Notes under the pieces: generated by a model
The model's input: the letters and a program-made list of their open reading frames with translations, nothing else
The model's database searches: none
What the model was told of the DNA's origin: nothing
In this document: positions 54,187 to 64,000 of the stretch, in pieces
How positions within the stretch are numbered: position 1 is the stretch's first letter
Layout of the letters: every line of letters begins with the position of its first letter
Position numbers and translations under genes: made by a program
From: Octopus vulgaris
Lineage: Eukaryota
Length of the DNA stretch: 64,000 bases
Assembly: GCA_951406725.2 (NCBI GenBank)
Contig: OX597824.1
Span: 96,906,001 to 96,970,000, forward strand
Reading direction: 5' to 3'

Positions 54187-54478
54187 GAGTCCAACATGCA
54201 ATCCCGCGACAGTCCAACGCTACATCGCTGTGGTTTACCATCTGCCCTATCAATTTCACACGTACAAGAAGAGGGTAAGAAAACGTCATCCTTACGAAAC
54301 TTTACCATTTTCCCTTATAAAAACCTCCCCAGAAAAATTAACATAACAAAACATCAGAAGTGAATCTTGAACCTGTGATCTGCTGAATAGTTAGTTCACT
54401 CACCCCATCCACCTGGCCATTCCACCGCCTCTGCTCTCAACATACCACTTTTTTTTTCTTCTTAGGATTCAGTCAGGG

Positions 54479-54716
54479 CAGTAGTTCTCACCGGGGGCCC
54501 ATACGACCCTTGGGGGTCCACATAAGATTTTGTTGCCAAAAGTTTGCCATAATTTAGTTACACTTCTAGAATACTCAAAATATTTTAAGAATTTTTTGAT
54601 AAAATTCCTGATGTTATTTAATTACAAAAAAAAACAAACAAAAAAACTATGGGATTTTTTTAAAACATGGAATGGTTATGAGAGTCCAAAGGTAAAAAAA
54701 CGGTTGAGAACCATTT
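54479..54716. mobile_element. hAT (Charlie-like) MITE
   Basis: TIR-like ends CAGTAGTTCTCACCG / CGGTTGAGAACCATT; subterminal GGGGGTCC motifs. Confidence 0.6.
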
Positions 54717-54764
54717 AGTGAGACAGAGAAGGGTATCCACCATCACATTCCGCAGAATGTCCTA

Positions 54765-55095
54765 GTTTATTCCACTGCGTGACACCTTGAGCAAGTATCT
54801 TCTATTATGACCATAGGCCGACCAAAGCCTTGTCAGTGAATTTGGTTGACGGAAACAGAAAGAATCCCATTATACACACACACACACACATATGTATGTA
54901 TATATGTATGTATGCATTTATGAATGTATGTGTGTGTGTGTGTGTGTATGTGTTTGTCTCTCACCACTGCTTAACACCAGGTGTTGGTGTTTTCACGTCC
55001 CAGTAACATAGAGGTTCGGCGAAAGTGACCGATATAATAAGTACAAGGCTTAAAAGAATATAAGTATTGAGGTCAACTAAAAATTCTTCAAGGCT
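54765..55095 (+). mobile_element. SINE family B, diverged
   Basis: CCACTGCGTGACACCTTGAGCAAGT..GGCCGACCAAAGCCTTGT..microsatellite..GTGTTGGTG..TTCTTCAAGGC. Confidence 0.78.
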
Positions 55096-55133
55096 GAATC
55101 AGAGCCATTGTCTCATATCTATGCAGCTACACC

Positions 55134-55725
55134 ATACTCTAGGCACAAGGCCAGAAATTATTTGGGGAGGTGGGGCAGTCGATTAGATCGACCCCAGTGC
55201 GCAACTGGTACTTAATTTATCGACCCCGAAATGATGAAAAGGCAAAGTCGACCTCGGCGGAATTTGAACTCAGAACGTAACGGCAGACGAAATACCTATT
55301 TCTTTACTACCCACAATGGGCTAAATACAGAGAGGAGAAACAAGGACAGACAAACGGATTAAGTCGATTATATGGTACTTAATTTATCGACCCCGAAAGG
55401 ATGAAAGGCAAAGTTGACCTTGGCGGAATTTTAACTTAGAACGTAAAGACAGACGAAATACCGCTAAGCATTTCACCCGGTGTGCTAACGTTTCTTATTT
55501 CTTTACTGTCCACAAGGGGCTAAACATAGAGGGGACAAACAAGGACAGACAAACGGATTAAGTCGGTTACATCTACACCAGCGCATAACTGGTACTTAAT
55601 TTATCGACCTCGAAAGAATGAAAGGCAAAGTGGACCTCGGCAGAATTTGAACTCAGAACGTAACGGCAGACGAAATACCGCTAAAGTACAATGTCGACCT
55701 CAGCAACATTTGAACTTAAAATGTA
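55134..55725 (-). mobile_element. SINE family A multimer (three or more units)
   Basis: Three copies of GGTACTTAATTTATCGACC.CGAAA..ATGAAAGGCAAAGT.GACCT.GGC.GAATTT.AACT.AGAACGTAA separated by tail 1; the terminal unit has tail 2. Confidence 0.92.
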
Positions 55726-55930
55726 CGGATCCATAACTTAATATATGCAGGCATGTTGTTCGCATGCTGAAACGAGTGGGAAGTCGTAGAATTTGAAGGA
55801 TTTTGTGATGACATGATGGACAAGAACTAAGTAGAAATGTATTTGAAATAGTAAAATCAGTTTATAATAAGGAAAAAGATAAAAGTCTGATGATCCGTAA
55901 ATGACTTTTTTGATAGTGAAGTAATAAAAG

Positions 55931-56188
55931 GTGGAGGCGCGTGGCTTAGTGGTTAAGGTGTCAGCATCATGATCGTAAGATTGTGGTTTCGGTTCCTGGA
56001 TCGGGTGTCGCGTTGTGTTCTTGAGCAAAACACTTCATTTCACGTTGCTCCAGTCCACTCAGCTAGCAAAAATGAGTAACACTGCGATGGAATGGCGTCC
56101 CGTCCAGCTGGGGAACACATACGCCATAGAAACCGGGAAATTGGGCCCATGAGCATGGCTAGGCTTTAAAATGGGCGCATTTATTTTT
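55931..56188 (+). mobile_element. tRNA-derived SINE (head 1 + tail Y) with 12-bp TSD
   Basis: Head GGAGGCGCGTGGCTTAGTGGTTAAGG..TTCTTGAGCAAAACACTT..TTGCTCCAGTCCACTCAGC (family C); tail GGCGTCCCGTCCAG.TGGGGAA..AAACCGGGAAA as at 27085; TSD AAGTAATA(A/C)AAG at 55919-55930 and 56189-56200. Confidence 0.9.
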
Positions 56189-57276
56189 AAGTAATACAAG
56201 ACCATATCCGAGCTTGTTCCGTCCTTATGTCAATATGAAGAGAGGACCAGAAATTTTAGGAGGAACGAACAGTCAACGACATCGACCCCAGTTCTTCAAT
56301 TGCATCTTATTTGATTGATCAACGACAAATGAAAATAAAAATAAAAACTGATCCTGGTCAAATTTCAAAACAAGACGTAAAGAGGCTAAAACAAGCATCA
56401 CAAGATATTTTAGTTGGAAGCTCTACCGATTCTTTCAATACACTATCATTTTGGCTGCAGCTCTACCGAATCGACTAACCCACTGTTGTTAGGACCATAA
56501 GAATTCTACAGACATAGACTGAATGACTCTCATAGGGAGTTCCCCTTCCCCGCCGTCTCAGTTTCGCTTCCATGTCGGGACAATATGAATTCGTTTATGC
56601 TGCGATGCTCTTGATAACGAATGAACGCCTCAACAGCATCATTTCTTTATTTTCTCCTCTCCTCTTGATTAATATAGGATCACTTTGATGAGATAAATAG
56701 AAATGCACATTTTTCTGGACATAAAAACGTGACGATGCACTAATAACGATTACACACACACACACACACACACAGCTATATACATGCGCATATATATATA
56801 TATATGAACACGTTGATCCCGTCATCAGTGTGTGTGTAAGAATGTATGTATATTCACGAATTAAAAAAAATAACTATATTGATTGATATTAGCCTATAAA
56901 TTACTTAGTATATACACAAAACCGCCCCCCCTCTTATCTCACACGTATTTCTGTGTACATACATTCATGCATACAAACATACAAACCTACACACACGCAT
57001 ACACACACACATTTATGCACACACACACATGTATGCACACACACACATGTATGCACACACACATTTATGCACACACACACATGTATGCACACACACACAC
57101 ATGTATGCACACACACACACATGTCTACACACACACATTTATGCACACACACACACACACAATTGCCATCAATCTTGTGCTTTGTTGTTTCCTGTTTGTC
57201 TATTTATGTCTGGTATTTTCAACATGGCAACCACTCTCTCTTTCTCTCTTCGTTTCTGTCTCTTTACGACCCATTG

Positions 57277-57880
<604 letters not shown>

Positions 57881-58384
57881 TCTCTGTGTCTGGAAGTCTT
57901 CCTAAATCTGATAATCAAATAATGTCGTTGTTGTTCATAGTCCCAGTTCGTATTTAATTCATATATTTATCTCTTCATTGTCGATCTATCAGTCTAAATT
58001 AAACCAAGATGGCCGTGAAACACTCCATATGTCTCCTCTTCATTCAACCGATCAGTTTTCATTAAATAAAACTGATTTACTACAACTACTACTCACCATT
58101 TTTTTTTTCAGGCAAAATATTTTACAAAATGTATTCCAGGATGATAAGGACCAATCTGGTGTCACGTGTTTTCTCATGCAACTCCCTAAAATTTCTCATG
58201 TAAGTCTCTAATTTCTCATGCAAGTCCCTAATCCAACTCCCTAAAATTACTGGTCTTACGCCAGAAATTTGATACAAAGATGGCGACCTGGCAGAATCAT
58301 TTCCGCGTCGGTCAAAATGCTTAGCGGTATTTCGTCCTTTTTTTTTTTTGAGTTTTCAGTTCAGAATCTGACAAATATCTAGAC

Positions 58385-59165
58385 GGGAATTGGGTCTACG
58401 GGTACAACCCTGAGACGAAGCTGCAGTTGTCACAACCGAAAAACCCTTCATCTCCAAGACCGGAAATGTCACTACAGAGCTGCTCAACGTTTTTCTCGAC
58501 ATCCGCGGTGTTGTGTATCGAGAGTTCGTCCCTCAGGATCAGGGCCAGACGGTCAGTCGAGAGTTCGTCCCTCAGGGTCAGGGCCAGACGGTCAGTCGAG
58601 AGTTCGTCCCTCAGGGTCAGGGCCAAACGGTCAGTCGAGAGTTCGTCCCTCAGGGTCAGGGCCAGACGGTCAGTCGAGAGTTCGTCCCTCAGGGTCAGGG
58701 CCAGACGGTCAGTCGAGAGTTGCACTGCAACGTTTTGAAGAGTTTGAGGGAAGTCATTCGGCAAAAATGACCGGATCTGTGGAGCGCAAAGAATTGGATT
58801 TTCCAAGACGACAATGCACCCTTGCACTGAGATCTCCTCACTCGTGAGTTTCTCACCAAAAACAACATGGTGACGCTTCCACACCTGCTCTATTCGCCAG
58901 GGTTAACACCTGCAGACCTCCTTCTCTTCCCCAAGATGAAAAGGCAGATCAAAGGTCGCAGTTTTAAGACCACTACCAAGATCCAGAGCGAATCGCAGAA
59001 GTTCCTCGACTCGCTTATGGACAACTACTTCCAGGCCGGATTCCGAAAGTGGCAGGAAAGATGGGACCGGGCTATTGTTGCACAAGGTGACTATTTCGAA
59101 GAAGAGGATGTTAAACCTTAGGTAAATAAGTTATTTGTTATTAAACATAACTCGTCCTGGAACTT
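58385..59165 (+). pseudogene. Mariner (Tc1/mariner, D,D34D-type) transposase remnant
   Basis: WVYGYNPETK..SPRP, FLDIRGVVYREFVPQGQTV, WIFQDDNAPLH, PHLLYSPGLTPAD (YSPDLAP.D), WQERWDRAIVAQGDYFE; in-frame stops; N-terminus missing. Confidence 0.92.
58518..58721 (+). repeat. 39-bp tandem repeat (5 copies plus 9 bp) inside the mariner ORF
   Basis: TCGAGAGTTCGTCCCTCAGGGTCAGGGCCAGACGGTCAG starting at 58518, 58557, 58596, 58635 and 58674. Confidence 0.97.
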
Positions 59166-59167
59166 TG

Positions 59168-59383
59168 AATGGATGCTGAAAAGTATTTGGTTTTAAGGGA
59201 ATCGGGAAGGGCCTGGCTGGAGACCAAACATTCTTTTGCAGGGCTTAGAAAAGCTAACGAACCACTGCAATCTGCTGCAATAAGTCTGAACCTGAGAGGG
59301 GAATATGTTAAATAAAATCACAATTAACTGATCCTCTTGTACTTTCTTTTAGCCAAAGCCAGGAACTTTTCAGCAACCCCTCA
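59168..59383 (+). mobile_element. Mariner-derived MITE
   Basis: TIR-like ends GGATGCTGAAAAGTATTTGGTTTT / AAAGCCAGGAACTTTTCAGCAACCCCTC; internal LRGEYVK* transposase C-terminal relic. Confidence 0.65.
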
Positions 59384-59480
59384 AATATGCACATGTGTGT
59401 GGGTGGGTGAATTCTGGTGCCTCAACTTAAGTACCATATTCATCTGAATCTAAATTTTTGCTGAACTCATCTACCATGCT

Positions 59481-59567
<87 letters not shown>

Positions 59568-60435
59568 AGTGTGTACAAATATATATGTATACATACATAT
59601 ATAAGTATATGGGTAGATAAGGAAACAGACATACACACAGAGTACAAAACGTACATAAATATCAAGCACACACACACACACATACACGCACACACACACA
59701 CTTAATCACAAAAACACATTCACGCGTATAGAAACATGCAAACATAACATTCACATACGTACATTCATACATACATACATACATACATACATACACACAT
59801 ACATACATACATACATACATACATACATACATACACACATACATACATACATACATACATACATACATACATACATACATACATACATACATACATACAT
59901 ACATACATACATACATACATACATACATACATACATACATACATACATACATACATACATACATACATACATACATAGATAGATAGATAGAAACATACAT
60001 ACATGCATACACACACTCACACTCACATACACACACATATGGCAGCAGCTGATCAGATAAGACGGAAGTGAATGATAAAAGTAACCCTAATCTGGTTTAT
60101 AAGGGTCACGACAAGCAAAGGATCACTGGGAAGCAGACGGAATTATCTGCCAACGCCAACAACATTCTCCGGGAGTTCTGAAAGTTCTACAAACTTCTCA
60201 GAACCTGGAATACATTTGTTTGTTTGTAAGTTTATTCTTTTTCTTATTTCAGTCATTAGAATGCAGCCCTCCCGGGGCAATCGAATCCTATCCAACCGTC
60301 GGTCATTCACACTGGAGCATGATATGTAGCAGACAATTTGGCGAACTGCTAAGTTACAGATTGGCTAGAATATGACATCCCATGAATACGGCGCTGGATT
60401 TTAGGCAAGGCTAAACATGAAGACACACACACACA

Positions 60436-60467
<32 letters not shown>

Positions 60468-60687
60468 TTCATTTGTGTAGATATTTGGGTGGAAACTGTT
60501 CAGAACCTCGCTCTGTAAGAATGTAGTTTTGAATGGATCACAGAACGCGACGTATCGGACAAGGGTCTTTCATCATTGCATCAGGTACTCTAATGACATG
60601 TGAATGGTACGTAAGGGACGAAAACTGTGCCACAAATACGCATACAGGTATATATTTATATATGTATATATCTATGCGTATGTATAC

Positions 60688-60741
<54 letters not shown>

Positions 60742-60759
60742 GTGTGTGTGTATGTATAG

Positions 60760-60925
60760 GCATAGGAATGGCTGTGTAGTAAGAAGCTTGTTTTTCAACC
60801 ACATGGTCCCGGGTTCAGTGTCACTGCGCGGCACCTTCGGCAAGTGTCTTCTACTATAGTCTTGGACCGACCAAAGCCTTGCTAGTAGATTTGGCAGATG
60901 GAAACTGAAAGAAGCCCATCATATA
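60760..60925 (+). mobile_element. SINE family B 5' half
   Basis: AGGAATGGCTGTGTAGTAAGAAGCTTG..CCGGGTTCAGTG..CACCTTCGGCAAGTGTCTTCTACTATAG..GGAAACTGAAAGAAGCCC. Confidence 0.82.
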
Positions 60926-61393
60926 TGTGCGTGTGTCTTTGTATTTGTGTGTCTGTGTTCACCATCCCTCAACCATCACTATATGTAGATGCAGATCTAC
61001 ATTTGTGTCAGAATGTACATATGTGCGCATATATACATACATGCATACATACATACGTACATACATACATACGTATATATATATGTATGTATGTATATGT
61101 ATTTGTATGTGCATATTGACAGACGCATGTGCACACGTACATACTGATGTATATTTACACGCATAGACATGTACAGAGTGTTGTTATCTAAATTCCTGCG
61201 TTCTAGCTTTGTATCGCAGAAACCAGTCCCTCCTTTATTTGAAGAATTCAAAGAATTGACAAAAAAAAAACAAAGAAAAAGTAAGAAAGAAATATCTACA
61301 TACTTATAAGCTCATATATACACAGATTTGTCTGTATATGCAAGTATTCATCTGCACATCTGTTTATCTATTCATATATGTATGTACGTATAT

Positions 61394-61434
<41 letters not shown>

Positions 61435-61463
61435 CATATATGTATATTTATGTATATGTGTGT

Positions 61464-61516
<53 letters not shown>

Positions 61517-61532
61517 GTGTGTGTGTGTATGT

Positions 61533-61567
<35 letters not shown>

Positions 61568-61613
61568 GATTGGTATAATTATATAGGTAGATAGACAGAT
61601 ATAATATATATTC

Positions 61614-61755
<142 letters not shown>

Positions 61756-61848
61756 TATATGTGTATGTATGTATGTATGTATGTATAAAAAGACTGGGAG
61801 ATAGTGAAACAGGAAGATAGATGTGAATATATATATATATATATATGT

Positions 61849-61985
<137 letters not shown>

Positions 61986-63489
61986 GGTAAGTAGACAGCC
62001 AGGTCGACTAGTATTTTCGTAGATAGCTGAGGAGATATATACGTTTGTTTGTGGTTTGTGAAAAACTAGTTTACTTTTTAATAGTACACAGTGCGTTGCA
62101 AGTAATAAAACTATTTATCGGCGGCCATGTGGTTAAATTACGGCTGTGGAATGTATGCTTTCGGGGAAGATAGGCAATCTTGTTACACCTTGTTAGAGGC
62201 ATACCCCGGTACGGAGGTAAAGCACTTCAACCTGGGTATCGGCGTGTGTTTATATGAAGAGTTTGTCAATAACATCATTTGACAGCTCATGTCTCCGGGG
62301 TACAAAATGGCAGCGAACACGCGAACGAAATGAAACATACACACATATATAAACACACATATACATATAGATACTTGTATGTGTGTGTGTGTGTATGTGT
62401 GCGCGGGGGTTTACACACGCACACACACATATATATATTTGCGTGTATGCGCACAGTATAGGCATATGTATGTATATTTTAAAGTATATATGTATTATAT
62501 ATACGTGTGTATGTATCATGCAGCACTCTCTTGAAATGTACAACAGTGTTAGGTAAACATGTTTTGTATGAGAAAAACTGACATATTTATGAGACACGCA
62601 ACACTTTGAAAATGCAGTGTACACCGGGCACCGAACTCAGGGTTATATAAACAAATTCCTTTATAGTAATGGCAACAACAGCAGCAGCACAGACACCGCC
62701 GCCTCCACCACCACCACCACCACCACCACCACCACCGCCGCCGCCGCCGCCATCACCACCACCACCAAGAACAGTAACAATCACGATATCAATAATGACC
62801 AGAATCATTATAAGAATAACTTGTTTGACCAGACAAGATTTCGGTGGCGGAAGCAAAACAAATTACGAAAAAAAAAAAAATCACTGAAGGGTTTATGAAG
62901 AAATCAGTAATTAATAAATTGTTAATTAAAGAGGGACAAATAAAACATAATTTTGGTTTTGTATATAGTTTACAAGGTACTTGATGTGATCTCGTGTATT
63001 GAAACATAATTTGTACTTCGGGAGGGTCACTGTCCTAATAATGAACACACGCACTGGTTCGGTTTGACTTCTTTATTCTTTATTATCATTTGTCAATTGC
63101 TTAATTATTTAAACGATTATGTAATCGGTCTCTCCCCCTCTCTCTCTCATACACACACACGCACGCACACACTTGGAGCAAGCACTTGGAGACAAAGGGT
63201 CCAGTGTAAACAAGAAAATACTCAATACTAAAAGTAGAGTATCAAAATGTGTTTGATAGGCTGGAAATGCAACTCTGCTTATTTCTAAACGGATTCCGCT
63301 GTCATTGTTGTGAAATTCTCAACGAGAAACGGGAACGGACAAAGAAGCGCCAGGAGACCCGCAAAGAACCGACAGGAGCCGTCTGCAACCGGATATGGTG
63401 ATCCCTCTTTTGGTCTACAGTCACACCCGGGTCCGCAGCAGTGAAATCTATTTAGTATATACCTATCTATTATTCTATGTATGTATGTC

Positions 63490-63563
63490 ATTAATCAGCT
63501 TTATTTCAAGATTTCTTACCAAAAGAGTAAGAGACGGTTTCTAACCTAGATCCAAGGCTCCTT
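63490..63563 (-). mobile_element. Extreme 3' end of the RLE LINE within (TACA)n
   Basis: Minus strand GGAGCCTTGGATCTAGGTTAGAAACCGTCTC..AAGAAATCTTGAAATAAA matches 38680-38740; (TACA)n flanks both sides in element sense. Confidence 0.8.
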
Positions 63564-63684
63564 GTATGTATGTATGTATGTATGTATGTATGTATGTATG
63601 TATGTATGTATGTATGTATGTATGTATGTATGTATGTATGTATGTATGTATGTGTGTATATGTGTATGTATGTGTGTATGTATG

Positions 63685-63718
<34 letters not shown>

Positions 63719-63784
63719 TGTATGTATGTATGTGTGTATGTATGTGTGTGTGTATGTATGCATGCATGTATGTATGTGTATGTA

Positions 63785-63815
<31 letters not shown>

Positions 63816-63862
63816 ATGTATGCATGTATGTATGCATGTATGTATGTATGTATGTATGCATG
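63564..63862 (+). repeat. (ATGT)n microsatellite
   Basis: Direct reading. Confidence 0.97.
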
Positions 63863-64000
63863 CTATTAGTCGATTCTCTTCCAAAGTATGCTAAAGAAGA
63901 GAGTAAGCGGTATTTCTAATGGGTGAGACACCCCTCATCCTAGGAATGGCACTGCTTACCTGTTTATCAGGAAGGAGCAAAAGTAAGTGAAATAAGCCAA

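Noticed and set aside
58518-58721. CRISPR-like regular repeat
   Set aside because: Contiguous 39-bp units with no spacers, inside a mariner ORF in eukaryotic DNA.
63285-63454. Short imperfect terminal inverted repeat (CTAAACGGATTCCGCTG / CAGTGAAATCTATTTAG)
   Set aside because: Only 13/17 matches, no TSD and no second copy; too weak to call a MITE.

Overview
AT-rich animal genomic DNA saturated with microsatellites (AT, AC, AG, AAT, ACC, AAC, ATC, ACAT, ATCT). The repeat families and SSR density point to an octopod cephalopod (Octopus-like; inference). I find no complete host protein-coding gene, rRNA, true tRNA or CRISPR array, and nearly all long ORFs are microsatellite artefacts. The window holds about 35 copies or fragments of tRNA-derived SINEs from several families, decayed RLE-type (R4/Dong-like) and RTE LINE fragments, a Tigger/pogo remnant, mariner remnants (one with an in-frame 39-bp amplification), two Helentron-type non-autonomous elements and a hAT-like MITE. 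There is also one candidate host first coding exon (26620-26698) and a CRE cluster (258-365). Main observations: (1) several dispersed minimal type-I hammerhead ribozyme-like motifs, some with the compensatory U3-A8 core (UUGANAA) and some in head-to-head inverted pairs, probably from Penelope-like element termini; (2) RLE LINE 3' ends repeatedly embedded in (TACA)n in the same polarity, suggesting a tetranucleotide-targeting retrotransposon; (3) SINEs in all four combinations of two heads and two tails, three of them with TSDs; (4) SINE multimers with a recurrent tail-to-head junction. All alignments were done by eye and coordinates of degenerate copies are approximate.
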